Part shown: positions 1-10,194 of the stretch, one piece after another | Layout of the letters: each line of letters begins with the position of its first letter | Numbering within the stretch: position 1 is the stretch's first letter | Assembly: GCA_002377585.1 (NCBI GenBank) | Contig: DFQC01000007.1 | Coordinates: 2,706-66,705 of the forward strand | Reading direction: 5' to 3' | Length of the DNA stretch: 64,000 nucleotides | Source: Anaerolineales bacterium UBA3499 | GTDB taxonomy: Bacteria > Chloroflexota > Anaerolineae > Anaerolineales > UBA11657 | Position numbers and translations under genes: made by a program | Notes under the pieces: generated by a model | The model's database searches: none | What the model saw: the letters and a program-made list of their open reading frames with translations, nothing else | What the model was told of the DNA's origin: nothing

Positions 1-41
1 ATGATAAATATTTAGGTGGTATTAATTCAGAGGTAAAAAAC

Positions 42-458
42 ATGAGCTTACCAATTGTCTTGGCTTTAGGAGGTTTAGTGGGTTTTGGGTTGTCAAACTT
101 TTTTTGGAAGGTCGCTGGTATTAATAAAGTCTATCCAGCCAGTTTCATGGTAGTAGAGACTTTAGTTGTGCTTATGGTAGCCATAGCTATACATTTTTTC
201 CAAAATCAGTCGTTTGTGTTGGCACCGAGGATGGCTGGAGTAGCATCTATGGCAGGCTTGAGCGCAGGTTTTGCAATATTTGCTACGATGAGCGCATTTA
301 ATCTTGGTGGAGATGCGAGCATTGTATCTCCAATCACAAGTTTAGGTTTCGTTGTAGCTGTTCTGTTAGCATATATTTTGTTAAAGGAGCCCGTTACTTC
401 CACGAAGCTTATGGGGTCTGGTCTGGCAATAGTTGCTATAGTATTGTTATCACGCTGA
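42..458 (+). CDS. Half-size DMT/EamA-like membrane transporter (138 aa)
   Basis: The ORF is almost entirely hydrophobic with about 4-5 helices. It has an EamA-like C-terminal segment ...ILLKEPVTSTKLMG.... It aligns over its full length with the paralog at 18753..19169, sharing FNLGGDASI/FELGGEGSI, KEPVT and the ends ...LLSR/...LILSR. Confidence 0.6.
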   Translation: MSLPIVLALGGLVGFGLSNFFWKVAGINKVYPASFMVVETLVVLMVAIAIHFFQNQSFVLAPRMAGVASMAGLSAGFAIFATMSAFNLGGDASIVSPITSLGFVVAVLLAYILLKEPVTSTKLMGSGLAIVAIVLLSR

Positions 459-548
459 TATTTCTGGTGTTTTATGAAGTATGGTTGAAGCTTACAAGTT
501 ATGCCGTGTTAAAATACAAATACTAAACAGATCATTGGAGAAAAGACA

Positions 549-1259
549 ATGAATGTCGACACGTTAATAAATAATAGTAGACCTTTTTTGGAATATGTTT
601 TGGCATGGGAAGCGAATCTACCAGAATTGTTGTTGAAAGATGTAATTAATGACCCCTCGTCTACCGCTATAGTTTCAGTTGACGTAATAAATGGATTTTG
701 TTACGAAGGTGCACTGGCAAGCCCTCGTGTTCAGGCTATTATTAAACCCATTGTGGATATTTTCAAACAGGGTCAGGCTATGGGAGTAGAAAATATAATA
801 TTGGCCCAAGATAACCATGAAGTTGATGATATAGAATTTGGTTCCTATCCTCCTCATTGTGTGCGTGGTACTGCAGAGGCGGAGTCAGTCCCAGAATTTC
901 AGGAATTGGAATTTTATAGTGATATGGTTGTTATAGAGAAAAACTCTATTAGCGCTACTATTGATACCGAGTTTGGCTCATGGCTTGATGGTCATCCAGA
1001 AGTTACAACATTTATAGTGGTTGGCGATTGTACAGATCTTTGCACGTATCAATTAGCCATGGGTATACATTTGCGTGGTAATGCTAGAAATATCCAGCAG
1101 CGAGTAGTGTTACCAGCTAACTGTGTGGCTACCTATGACATGTCTGTATCTGATGCACAAGAGTATGGTGCTGTCCCACATGATGGTGATTTGCTACACC
1201 ATGTTTTTCTGTATTCGATGATGCTGAATGGCGTTGAAGTTGTTAAAGCTTTGAATTAG
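549..1259 (+). CDS. Isochorismatase-family cysteine hydrolase, nicotinamidase/pyrazinamidase-like
   Basis: A D-K-C triad context is present (VSVDVINGF, IEKNS, VVGDCTDLC). The metal-site segment QDNHEVDD...SYPPHCVRGTAEAE resembles the nicotinamidase signature (D-x-H ... P-x-HC-V-x-GT). Confidence 0.65.
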   Translation: MNVDTLINNSRPFLEYVLAWEANLPELLLKDVINDPSSTAIVSVDVINGFCYEGALASPRVQAIIKPIVDIFKQGQAMGVENIILAQDNHEVDDIEFGSYPPHCVRGTAEAESVPEFQELEFYSDMVVIEKNSISATIDTEFGSWLDGHPEVTTFIVVGDCTDLCTYQLAMGIHLRGNARNIQQRVVLPANCVATYDMSVSDAQEYGAVPHDGDLLHHVFLYSMMLNGVEVVKALN

Positions 1260-1278
1260 GCTAACAGAGCTAGTGGTT

Positions 1279-1300
1279 TTCCTAAACTCTCGGTTAGGAA
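1279..1300 (+). terminator. Putative rho-independent terminator after the nicotinamidase-like gene
   Basis: A 7-bp stem ttcctaa/ttaggaa with an 8-nt loop is followed by tttcatt on the + strand. It lies in the 46-bp convergent gap. Confidence 0.35.
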
Positions 1301-1305
1301 TTTCA

Positions 1306-1800
1306 TTATTCTTGACGCATATAAATTGCAGCCTGTTTAACTGCGGCTATGATGGATTGGTATCCGGTGCATCTACATATGTTCCCTGACAATTCTTCAC
1401 GAATTTCTGTATCGGTTGGGTTAGGATTGCGTGACAATAGGTCCTGTACTGTTAGTAGAAAACCTGGTGTACAAAAACCACACTGCAAACCAAAGTTCTC
1501 CCAAAAGGCTTGTTGGATTGGGTGTAGCTGGTCGCCAGACGACATGCTTTCTACAGTTTGAACCGAATGTGAGTCGGCTTGTACGGCTAACATAATACAA
1601 GATCGTACTGGTTGACCATCAAACATGACAGTACAAGCTCCACATACTCCATGCTCACAACCTACATGGGTTCCAGTAATACCCAGTTCATTACGTATAA
1701 AGTCGACCAGAGTGACTCGGGTTTCAACCTTTCTTTCATACTCAATTCCATTGACTGTGAGTTTGATTAACCTACTATTATCTGTAGCTTCTTGTACCAT
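1306..1800 (-). CDS. Molybdenum hydroxylase (xanthine dehydrogenase/CoxS family) [2Fe-2S] small subunit
   Basis: Both Fe-S motifs are present: CEHGVCGACTV and QCGFCTPG...CRCTGY. Its start overlaps the stop of the FAD subunit by 1 nt at position 1800. Confidence 0.9.
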   Translation of the reverse strand: MVQEATDNSRLIKLTVNGIEYERKVETRVTLVDFIRNELGITGTHVGCEHGVCGACTVMFDGQPVRSCIMLAVQADSHSVQTVESMSSGDQLHPIQQAFWENFGLQCGFCTPGFLLTVQDLLSRNPNPTDTEIREELSGNICRCTGYQSIIAAVKQAAIYMRQE

Positions 1801-2678
1801 TATTTGCCTCCTGATTTGTTAGCTCTCTCCGTTGCTTTTTGTAGAGCGGACAAGACCAATACTGATGCGAGATGGCGGCGATAATCCGCAGAGGCATGCA
1901 TATCACTATCTGGATCAAGTTCTTTACTGGCTTGTTCTGCTACGTCCTTAAGGAGTGCGTCACTTATTGTTTCTCCTATAAGCATTGATTCTGCTTTGCT
2001 TGTTCTAATTGGAATTGGTCCTCCTCCAATAATTGCTATACGAGATTTAGTGCACCGTCTATTTTCTAGAGTCAAATATGCAGCTACTCCAAGTATTGCG
2101 AAATCACCATGCCGGCGGCTAAATTCAATAAATGACCAACCGGATGTTTTGACCCAGTTGGGCAATTGGATTTCTACTAGTATTTCATCAGGTTCTAAGT
2201 CGGTGGTTAGAGCTGAAACGTAGAAATCACTGGCATCCACTGTTCTTGTACCTTTCGTATTGCGTATTAGTATAGTTCCATCTAATGCAAGCATTATAGC
2301 TGGCCATTCTGCTGCGGGGTCGGCATGGGCAACACTACCACCAACTGTACCGCGGTTACGAATAGATCGATGTCCAATGTAGGGGATTGACGCAGCTAAA
2401 ATGGGTTGAGTGGTTCTAAGGTTAGTATCATCTTCTAGTGTGCTTTGTCGGGTCATGGCACCCACTCTTAGGCCTGTATTATCTGATTTGTAGTACTCCA
2501 AATCTGCGACACGATTTAAATCAACTATGATTTGAGGTGTTGATAAGCGCATGTTTAATAATGGTCCCAGGCTTTGACCACCAGCTAGAATTTTGGCGTC
2601 ATCTCCATATTGCTGTAGTAGGTCCAGTACTTCTTCCACACTGTCAGGATCATAATAATCAAAAGGTGCTGGTTTCAT
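1800..2678 (-). CDS. Molybdenum hydroxylase FAD-binding medium subunit (CoxM/XdhB-like)
   Basis: It has the ILAGGQSLGPLLNMR FAD-binding motif, is 292 aa long, and sits between the large and small subunits. Confidence 0.85.
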   Translation of the reverse strand: MKPAPFDYYDPDSVEEVLDLLQQYGDDAKILAGGQSLGPLLNMRLSTPQIIVDLNRVADLEYYKSDNTGLRVGAMTRQSTLEDDTNLRTTQPILAASIPYIGHRSIRNRGTVGGSVAHADPAAEWPAIMLALDGTILIRNTKGTRTVDASDFYVSALTTDLEPDEILVEIQLPNWVKTSGWSFIEFSRRHGDFAILGVAAYLTLENRRCTKSRIAIIGGGPIPIRTSKAESMLIGETISDALLKDVAEQASKELDPDSDMHASADYRRHLASVLVLSALQKATERANKSGGK

Positions 2679-2703
2679 AATTATTCCTATTTTATAGCAC
2701 TGT

Positions 2704-5055
2704 CTAATTTGTTTTGTCTTGCATCGGCATCAACCATTGCCATACTTTCTCAGGAGTGATTGGTAGTACATTGACATTGTTACCTGAATCGCCAAGGGCA
2801 TCAGCCACTGCGTTGGCCAAAGCTCCTCCTATACCGGCTATGCCACATTCTCCTGCTCCTTTTACTTGTATCGGGTTTAGGGTGGATGGTGATCTATCTA
2901 ATCTTTTTGATTCCAGAAGAGGTGTCTCAGTAGTTGTAGGGAGGAGATAGTCTACGAAAGACCCGCTTGTTAGTTGGCCACTCGGGTCATAGTTGAATTC
3001 TTCTAGCAAGGCTCCACCCAATCCTTGTACTGCTCCTCCTTCGATTTGTCCCTTTACCATTTGTGGGTTTATTGCTTTACCAATGTCATAGACTATCCAT
3101 ACGTGCTTGGGAACAATTGCACATGTTGTAATATCTATTTCTACCTTCACTATAGTAGCTCCATGTGCGAATGTCATTTGATTACATCTGAAATAGTGGG
3201 TGAAATCGAGTCCTGGCTCTATATCCGGCGGGCAATTTCGCGGACTAGATTGTTGAGCTACCTGTGTTAAGGTTAACCGCTTGTCCTGATGGTCGATCAT
3301 GCAAATATCCCCATCGCTAATTATAAGTTGTTCAACCTGACAATTCATAGTGTGAGCTGCTATCTTCAGTAATTTTTTGCGGATTTTTTGAGCTGCATAG
3401 TAAACCGCACTTCCCGCCATCACGGTAGCTCGGCTAGCAAAGCTACCTACTCCATAAGGTATAAGGTCAGTGTCGCCATGTAATACTTGAATTGAGTCAG
3501 GTGATACTGTAAGTACAGATGATGCTATTTGTGCCAATGTTGTCTCAAGGCCTTGGCCAACATTGGCAGCTCCGGTGCTTACTGTTATGGCTCCAGTTTG
3601 ATCAATCTCTATTCGTGCTCCTTCGAAAGGGCCAAGGCCCGTTTTTTCTACAAAGCACGCAATTCCATACCCAACCTTCTTGTTGGACAAGTTATCATGG
3701 TCAACATGACGATTTTCTTCATATTTGGATAAGCGGACTACTTCCTGTAATGCAAAGGGATAATCACCGCTATCATAAACAATATTCTCACCCAACGATT
3801 CGGTGCCAACCTCATAAGGCATATCCTCAGGTTGTATGAGATTCATTGATCGTATTTTGACAGGATCTATCATGAGTTCCGACGCTGCAAGATCTAATAA
3901 TCGCTCTCGACTACTGTTACATTCATAGCGTCCCGGAGCTCTATATGTTCCAGCAGGTGTCTTGTTGGTCAGTACTGAACGAACCTCACACCGATAATTA
4001 GGGATGCGATAGGGACCGGGAAATATTGCTGCACTTAGTTCGGGTACAATTATCCCGTGTGTACGAATATAACCTCCTTGATCGTTCGACAAAAGAACTT
4101 TTATTCCCAAGATGGTGCCATCTTTTTTGAGTGCCATTTCCATCTCGTAAATTTGTTCTCGGGAATGATTACAGGCCATCAGATTTTCTAGACGATCCTC
4201 TATCCATTTGACCGGACGTTTAAGCATAAGAGCTGCGTATGGAATCAGATAGTCCTCAGGATAGAATTCACCGCGTACCCCGAACCCTCCTCCCACATCA
4301 GGTTCTATCATTTCAATTGTGTGCTCTTCCATTTCCAACATGTGTGCAAGTACACCACGATTAAAATGAGTTACTTTGGTAGGACCCCACACTTTTAATT
4401 TTTCCTGGGTTGCATCATAGTTGGCTATCAAACCACGCGTTTCGAGTGGTACGCCGCTATGTCGCCCAGAGGTAAATCGGAGTTTAGTGATATGCTCGGC
4501 CTTATTAAACGCTTCAACCACATCTCCTTTTTGTTGTACGAAGTTGGATGCTACATTGTCTTTTGCGTCATGGTGTAAGGGACAACTCACCTTGTCTTCG
4601 GCATCTATATTGACTGGTAATGGGTCATACTGGACAACAATATTGTCTAAGACATCTTCAGCTTGGTAGCGGCTGTGAGCTATTATCAAAGCGACAGGGT
4701 CGCCTACATATCGTACTCGTTTGTTTGCTAACGGGTACTGTAGAAATGGCTCAAGTGATCCGTAAGGATTTAGTCGTATTGGTATTGGTTTTACGGAATG
4801 CAAATCTGCAAATGTCAATATGGTAACTACACCAGGTTGTTCAAGCGCGAAATCAACATCTATATTTGTGATTGTGGCATGAGCATAAGGACTGCGAAGC
4901 ACAGCGGCATGTAGCATGTCAGGCAATTGCAAGTCATCTATATAATGACCTTGACCTTGCAGAAAACGCTTGTCTTCTAATCGCTTTATAGACTCTCCAA
5001 TGCCTTTGGAATGTTCAATTTTCATATAGTTGTGTTGACCTAAACAACTTACCAT
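2704..5055 (-). CDS. Molybdopterin-binding large subunit 1 (xanthine dehydrogenase/aldehyde oxidase family)
   Basis: N-terminus GESIKRLEDKRFLQGQGHYIDD, active-site loop TYRAPGR, and C-terminal KGAGECG (Mo-site Glu). An alternative start, MKIEHSK at 5025, is equally plausible. No Shine-Dalgarno sequence is seen for either start. Confidence 0.85.
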   Translation of the reverse strand: MVSCLGQHNYMKIEHSKGIGESIKRLEDKRFLQGQGHYIDDLQLPDMLHAAVLRSPYAHATITNIDVDFALEQPGVVTILTFADLHSVKPIPIRLNPYGSLEPFLQYPLANKRVRYVGDPVALIIAHSRYQAEDVLDNIVVQYDPLPVNIDAEDKVSCPLHHDAKDNVASNFVQQKGDVVEAFNKAEHITKLRFTSGRHSGVPLETRGLIANYDATQEKLKVWGPTKVTHFNRGVLAHMLEMEEHTIEMIEPDVGGGFGVRGEFYPEDYLIPYAALMLKRPVKWIEDRLENLMACNHSREQIYEMEMALKKDGTILGIKVLLSNDQGGYIRTHGIIVPELSAAIFPGPYRIPNYRCEVRSVLTNKTPAGTYRAPGRYECNSSRERLLDLAASELMIDPVKIRSMNLIQPEDMPYEVGTESLGENIVYDSGDYPFALQEVVRLSKYEENRHVDHDNLSNKKVGYGIACFVEKTGLGPFEGARIEIDQTGAITVSTGAANVGQGLETTLAQIASSVLTVSPDSIQVLHGDTDLIPYGVGSFASRATVMAGSAVYYAAQKIRKKLLKIAAHTMNCQVEQLIISDGDICMIDHQDKRLTLTQVAQQSSPRNCPPDIEPGLDFTHYFRCNQMTFAHGATIVKVEIDITTCAIVPKHVWIVYDIGKAINPQMVKGQIEGGAVQGLGGALLEEFNYDPSGQLTSGSFVDYLLPTTTETPLLESKRLDRSPSTLNPIQVKGAGECGIAGIGGALANAVADALGDSGNNVNVLPITPEKVWQWLMPMQDKTN

Positions 5056-5067
5056 GCTTGTACAAAA

Positions 5068-7398
5068 TCATGATTTTTTCTCATTTTTCAATCTAAATAT
5101 GCGCTCCGGTGTTAGCGGCAACTGTATATCTTGAGCTGATATTTCTAGTGCATCTAGTATAGCGTTGGTGATTGTAGCTGGTGCTCCTATAGTTCCACTT
5201 TCTCCTACTCCTTTGAAGCCTCCTACACTCCACGGAGAAGGAGTTTCCATGCTGACTATTTTTATGACAGGTGTTTCATATATTCCTGGCACAAGATAAT
5301 CCATTAGTGATCCACTTAGCAATTGTCCTTCACTATCGTACGATAACTCCTCCAATAATGCTATTCCTATACCTTGTGTTACTCCTCCTCGTACCTGTCC
5401 CTCTACAATAGCTTGATTGACCTTGGTGCCACAATCTTCAGCTACAACATAGTCTTTGATCTTCACCTCATACGTGTTCTTGTCTATTTCTACTAATGCC
5501 ATATGTACTGCGGATGAACTGACAGCGGGAGGCGGGTTGTATGATACATGCACCGAGAGTCCTGGTTCAACACTAGGTGGTAGTTTCTGAAACGGAGTGT
5601 ATGCTAGATCAGCTAAGTCTTTTAGACTAAGATGTTCTGAGCTTTGATTTGGGTTGGATATTCTTCCATCAACATACTCCAGATCCTTGTTATCGATTTG
5701 CCAGTAAGCCGCTGCTATTCTAACGAGTTTGTCTTGTAACATTTCAGTGGCTTTTAACAGAGCTCCACCGCCACTTACTAGACTTCGACTGGCAAATGTT
5801 CCAGATCCGTAAGGGGTAGTAGCTGTATCGCCTAGGTGAACTTTAATGTCATGAAGTGGGGCACCCAATGAGCTAGAGATCAGTTGGGCAAAGGTTGTTT
5901 TTTGACCTTGTCCCTGAGATGGCGTACTAATAAATGCTTCTAGGTGGCCATGGCGATCTACTTGCAGTCTAGCTGCATCGAAAGCAGGTACATTGATCAT
6001 TCCTCGTTTGCGATAGGTGTCGCGCCCCATGCCAGTCATTTCGATGAAGCATGACATACCTATACCTAGCAACCGACCTTCATTACGGGCTTCAGATTGA
6101 AGATTTCGCCAAGCTGAATAGTTTGATTCTTCCAGCGCTAGATCTAGTAATGCTGGGTAGTCGCCGCTATCATAGATTGGTCCTGCAGGGCTTTTGAATG
6201 GAAAGTCTGTGGGTTGGGCTAAGTTTTTCTTACGTAAGAGAGCAGGGTCCATTCCTATCTTTTGAGACAACTTATCTAGCAGTCCTTCCATTACCATAGG
6301 TCCTAACACAAATCCGACTCCTCGGTATGCTCCCATTGGACACTTGTTCGTAGAAACAGCATAACCTTCGTAGGAGTAGTGCTCAAAGTCATAAGGACCT
6401 GCGAGTGCGCTACCTATAGTAAATGGCTCGAGGCCTGCTGTGAGAGGAAATGAATTGTAGGCTCCTACATCACATATTGCCTTGGCTCTCATTCCAACTA
6501 TGGTTCCGTCAATATTGGCAGATAATTCTGCTTCAACTAACACATCTCGTGCATGAAAGCTGGCCTTGATGTTTTCCATGCGGTCCTGCGTCCATTTAAT
6601 CGGACGATGTAATAATCGTGCTAAATAAGATACGACTATTTCTTCTGGTAAAGCTTGCATTTTAGTCCCAAAGCCACCACCAACATCTGGCGCAATAACT
6701 CTGATTTGGTGTGCTGATATTCCAAGCGAATCACATAATGCATCACGTAGCACATGAGGAATCTGGGTTGATGACCAAACGACTAGCTCATCTGTATTAG
6801 TTCTATAGTCTGCAATTACCCCACAGTTTTCAATTGGTATTCCTGTCACGCGTGGATGCCGGAAGTTAGCGCTGACTTTTATATCACCCTTTTTAAAAGC
6901 AGGGTCGTCCTTGTCGATCCCAGACTGTGTTTCTAGCAAGATATTACTGTTGAGGTTGTCATGTACACGAGCAGAATCTGCTAGCATACCGGTTGCTGCT
7001 GAGTCTATCACTGGTAGTGGTTCGTACTCAACAATAACATGCTCAGCAGCATCTTCTGCAATGTACCGATCTGAAGCCACAACAACTGCAACTGCTTCAC
7101 CTACGTAGCGTACTTTGTCCCAGGCCATAGCATGCCAGTTGGTGGCTTGAAAACCAGGATTTTTCAGCTGTGGTCTTATCGGCTGGATGTTCGCATGTAT
7201 ATTCAGGCCACTTAACACAGCAATAACCCCAGTCTGTCTTTTGGCTACTTCGGTATCTACATTGTTGATGCGTGCATGCGCATAAGGACTACGTACGAAT
7301 GTGACATGGAGCATATTGGAGAATTGAATGTCATCTATATAACGGCCTTCTCCTCGTAGTAGAGGTAGTTGTTCATTACATAGGATTGAAGTTGACAT
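5068..7398 (-). CDS. Molybdopterin-binding large subunit 2 (full-length paralog)
   Basis: 776 aa. N-terminus LPLLRGEGRYIDD, loop GAYRGVGF, and C-terminal KGVGESG. It lies directly upstream of large subunit 1, giving the order L-L-M-S. Confidence 0.85.
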   Translation of the reverse strand: MSTSILCNEQLPLLRGEGRYIDDIQFSNMLHVTFVRSPYAHARINNVDTEVAKRQTGVIAVLSGLNIHANIQPIRPQLKNPGFQATNWHAMAWDKVRYVGEAVAVVVASDRYIAEDAAEHVIVEYEPLPVIDSAATGMLADSARVHDNLNSNILLETQSGIDKDDPAFKKGDIKVSANFRHPRVTGIPIENCGVIADYRTNTDELVVWSSTQIPHVLRDALCDSLGISAHQIRVIAPDVGGGFGTKMQALPEEIVVSYLARLLHRPIKWTQDRMENIKASFHARDVLVEAELSANIDGTIVGMRAKAICDVGAYNSFPLTAGLEPFTIGSALAGPYDFEHYSYEGYAVSTNKCPMGAYRGVGFVLGPMVMEGLLDKLSQKIGMDPALLRKKNLAQPTDFPFKSPAGPIYDSGDYPALLDLALEESNYSAWRNLQSEARNEGRLLGIGMSCFIEMTGMGRDTYRKRGMINVPAFDAARLQVDRHGHLEAFISTPSQGQGQKTTFAQLISSSLGAPLHDIKVHLGDTATTPYGSGTFASRSLVSGGGALLKATEMLQDKLVRIAAAYWQIDNKDLEYVDGRISNPNQSSEHLSLKDLADLAYTPFQKLPPSVEPGLSVHVSYNPPPAVSSSAVHMALVEIDKNTYEVKIKDYVVAEDCGTKVNQAIVEGQVRGGVTQGIGIALLEELSYDSEGQLLSGSLMDYLVPGIYETPVIKIVSMETPSPWSVGGFKGVGESGTIGAPATITNAILDALEISAQDIQLPLTPERIFRLKNEKKS

Positions 7399-7476
7399 TA
7401 TTGAAGTTGGTTTAGTTATTTACATTAAGTGATTATATGCTGATATGATTTAAGTTTCGAGCTGTGAGATGTCTGA

Positions 7477-8250
7477 TTATAAGGTAGTCTTTACCATCCA
7501 GAATTGATTATCTTCCCTGTAATTAACCAGTAATTGTTTTTCTATAGAAAATTCCTGAACTGCCTGAACTACTCCTAAACCACTAGGGTGTCCATAATCA
7601 TCTCCACACATAACTCCGAACTGTTTTAGTTTAGGATAGTACGCATAGAGGTCCTTGATTACTGCTTCGTATTCGTGATCACCATCAATGTATATGAAGT
7701 CAAAGTATTGATCGTCAAACATCTCTGCAGCTTCTATAGAAAATTTCTTGATTATCTTGACCTTAGTATTGTTAGAGAATTTTGCTAAAGTAGTTTCATA
7801 TCTATTTTTATGAAACAAGTATTTCTCTCTGTCTTCATTATTATTTATTGCTCTTTCCCATGGGTCAATTAATATCAGTTCTTGCATGTTCAGGAACTTC
7901 AATATTGTTGAAGCGTTTACGCCGCTAGCAACTCCAATTTCAGCTCCAACTAAAGGTGGTGAAGAATTGCCAGAGGTCATATGTAGGTTTTTTATAAAAT
8001 AGAAAGGGCTACGTACAATCTTCCTGTCGACTGCTTTGATAAATACTATTAACAAGGTAAATATTATCAAATAGAATGTTATTGTCCATAAAACAAGAAA
8101 GAATATGCTCTGTGTTGTTACTTCAACTAACAACACAAACAATGCAAGCACAGGAATAGGAACTAACATTAAGGTGACAATGGTTCGAACCCATCTATAA
8201 GATGTTTTTCCAATGAGTTGATATAGCTTGTTTTTGATTACAGATAACAT
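7477..8250 (-). CDS. Membrane-anchored class I SAM-dependent methyltransferase (TylF/Methyltransf_24-like)
   Basis: Two N-terminal hydrophobic helices are followed by EIGVASGVNAS (motif I-like) and FDFIYIDGDHEYEAV. Confidence 0.55.
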   Translation of the reverse strand: MLSVIKNKLYQLIGKTSYRWVRTIVTLMLVPIPVLALFVLLVEVTTQSIFFLVLWTITFYLIIFTLLIVFIKAVDRKIVRSPFYFIKNLHMTSGNSSPPLVGAEIGVASGVNASTILKFLNMQELILIDPWERAINNNEDREKYLFHKNRYETTLAKFSNNTKVKIIKKFSIEAAEMFDDQYFDFIYIDGDHEYEAVIKDLYAYYPKLKQFGVMCGDDYGHPSGLGVVQAVQEFSIEKQLLVNYREDNQFWMVKTTL

Positions 8251-8305
8251 TTACGTTTGTACACCATATATTGTGTGGTCTTATGTTATTTAACATCGAA
8301 CATTA

Positions 8306-9103
8306 TTATGTGTCCATTATAGCTTTTCGTTGACCACCATCGATTTCTATCATCGTACCATTAATGAAGTGGGCTCGGTCAGATGCCATGAATGTGGCTA
8401 AATCAGCTACCTCTTCAGTTGTACAAATGCGGCCCAATGGGATACTTGCTTTAGACAGGCGATCGGCCTCTTCTTTAGATATATTGCGATCACGAGCCAT
8501 TGCCTCTAGTAACCCATCCCATCTTTCTGTTTCTACTGGACCAGGATTTATTGCTACAAAAGTTATGTTGTCTTTTCCGTATTGTCCAGCTAATGATAAG
8601 GTGAAGTTCTGCCCTGCCGCGTTGGCAGCACCGGGTGTAATTTCCCAATAAGAAAATTTGACCCCATCATTTCCTATAATGTTGACTACTCTGCCACCAC
8701 CTTGCTTTCGCATGTGGGGTATGATTTCTTTGCAGCAACGTACATATCCCATAAATTTGAGCTGGAGCGATTGCGCCCAATCCTCTTCCGTTAAGGTCTC
8801 TAGAATACCTCCTGGGGAACTACCAGCATTGTTGACCAGAACATCAATGCGTCCAAAATGAGAGATCACATTTTCTGTCATAAGTTTTACGTCTGTAGGT
8901 TTAGTTAGATCAGCAGTTACTGGCAAAACCTCATTTCCCGTCTCGTTTTGAATAAGAGAAGCTGTCTTCTTAAGAAGGTCTTCTCCTCGTGCACAAATTG
9001 CTACTTTGCACCCTTCTTTAGATAGACTTAGACTTATAGCTTTGCCAATTCCTTTGCTTCCGCCAGTGACTAGTACGACTTTATCTTGTAATTTTAGATC
9101 CAT
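8306..9103 (-). CDS. Short-chain dehydrogenase/reductase (SDR) family protein, atypical active-site region
   Basis: The cofactor motifs TGGSKGIGKA and NNAG are present. At the position expected for YxxxK the sequence reads ...ITPGAANAAGQNF..., so the canonical Ser/Tyr/Lys is not evident in my by-eye alignment. Confidence 0.7.
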   Translation of the reverse strand: MDLKLQDKVVLVTGGSKGIGKAISLSLSKEGCKVAICARGEDLLKKTASLIQNETGNEVLPVTADLTKPTDVKLMTENVISHFGRIDVLVNNAGSSPGGILETLTEEDWAQSLQLKFMGYVRCCKEIIPHMRKQGGGRVVNIIGNDGVKFSYWEITPGAANAAGQNFTLSLAGQYGKDNITFVAINPGPVETERWDGLLEAMARDRNISKEEADRLSKASIPLGRICTTEEVADLATFMASDRAHFINGTMIEIDGGQRKAIMDT

Positions 9104-9113
9104 AACAGGCTCC

Positions 9114-9530
9114 TTATTGTTGATCGGTTGATTGGGGGGATTCTAATAGCTCCACTATTGTGCCTCCTAGTGAAATGCCGTCCAGAAATACAATCCGTTT
9201 ACCACGAGCACCTTCTGTGGGACCGAGAAGCACTCGGACCCCATTCCTGACAGCATTAGCTACTGCTGCGTCTAAATCTTCAACTTCAAATGCTATATGA
9301 TGGACTCCTTCACCATTCTCTTTTAAAAAATCCGCATTTAATCCTTCCGAGGTAGTAGGCTCAAGAAACTCAATGTCCATTGAGCCAACTGGAACAAAAC
9401 CAATATTTAGTATTTCCTTGTAGTTTTCCACTTCCTCTAATGGAAGTCCAATAGCGTTTTCAAATGCGGCTGCCGTCTTGTGTAGATTTTTGACAATAAT
9501 TCCTATATGGTCAAGCCTTAGTTTGCTCAT
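9114..9530 (-). CDS. VOC-superfamily protein (glyoxalase/methylmalonyl-CoA epimerase-like)
   Basis: LDHIGIIVKNL...HHIAFEVEDLD pattern, 138 aa. Its start overlaps the upstream gene's stop by 1 nt at 9530. Confidence 0.7.
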   Translation of the reverse strand: MSKLRLDHIGIIVKNLHKTAAAFENAIGLPLEEVENYKEILNIGFVPVGSMDIEFLEPTTSEGLNADFLKENGEGVHHIAFEVEDLDAAVANAVRNGVRVLLGPTEGARGKRIVFLDGISLGGTIVELLESPQSTDQQ

Positions 9531-10156
9531 TAGTCAGTAATAGCCAGTACTCGAGCGGGTGCCCCATCACCTTTTTCTATTTTCATTGGTAAAGCAATCA
9601 TAGTGAATTCTGCGCTACCAATTTGATCGATATTAATTAGGTTTTCAATTAGTGGTATGCCTGCGGCTAATAATATCTGGTGACAAGGATAAGGATAGTG
9701 TCCGTCTACAGAAAAGTCCATTGCTAGCGCTACAATCCCTGTACTCACCAACCAATGAGCAGTTTCTTCAGATAGATACATGTTACCTTTATATAGGTCA
9801 GGCCCTGTCCATCTGCTTGCTGCCCAGTCGGCGTACATCAGCATGCGGTTGTTACGTAATTTATCTTCGTTAGGCAGGCCTCCGGCTTTTAGGTCGTCTA
9901 TTGTAAGTGGATGTCCTGGTTTAGCAATCTGACGTAGATCGCACACATAAGTTTTTCCGTAAAATATACCTAGATCCATCTGATCAATAGTGGTTCCATC
10001 TGAGTAAAAATGCTGTGGCGAATCTATGTGAGTACTAGTATGGATACTGAAAACAATCTTGGTATTGGATCTCCCATCAGCTTTATGGGTTGTAATGGGT
10101 TCCATAGAAATGTTCGGATGCCCTTCAAGAGCTGTCACTGATGGACTAAATGGCAT
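9530..10156 (-). CDS. Cyclase-family protein (kynurenine formamidase-like metal hydrolase)
   Basis: HTSTHIDSPQHF matches the HxGTHxDxPxH cyclase/formamidase motif. 208 aa. Confidence 0.7.
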   Translation of the reverse strand: MPFSPSVTALEGHPNISMEPITTHKADGRSNTKIVFSIHTSTHIDSPQHFYSDGTTIDQMDLGIFYGKTYVCDLRQIAKPGHPLTIDDLKAGGLPNEDKLRNNRMLMYADWAASRWTGPDLYKGNMYLSEETAHWLVSTGIVALAMDFSVDGHYPYPCHQILLAAGIPLIENLINIDQIGSAEFTMIALPMKIEKGDGAPARVLAITD

Positions 10157-10194
10157 AGTTAAATCGATTATATTAATGAGTCACCTCCATTTTA

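Noticed and set aside
1306-7398. Calling the L-L-M-S cluster aerobic CO dehydrogenase (coxSML)
   Set aside because: Neither large subunit has the form I VAYRCSFR loop with the Cu-binding Cys. No coxDEFG-type accessory genes are present, and the context is heterocycle/amidohydrolase genes.
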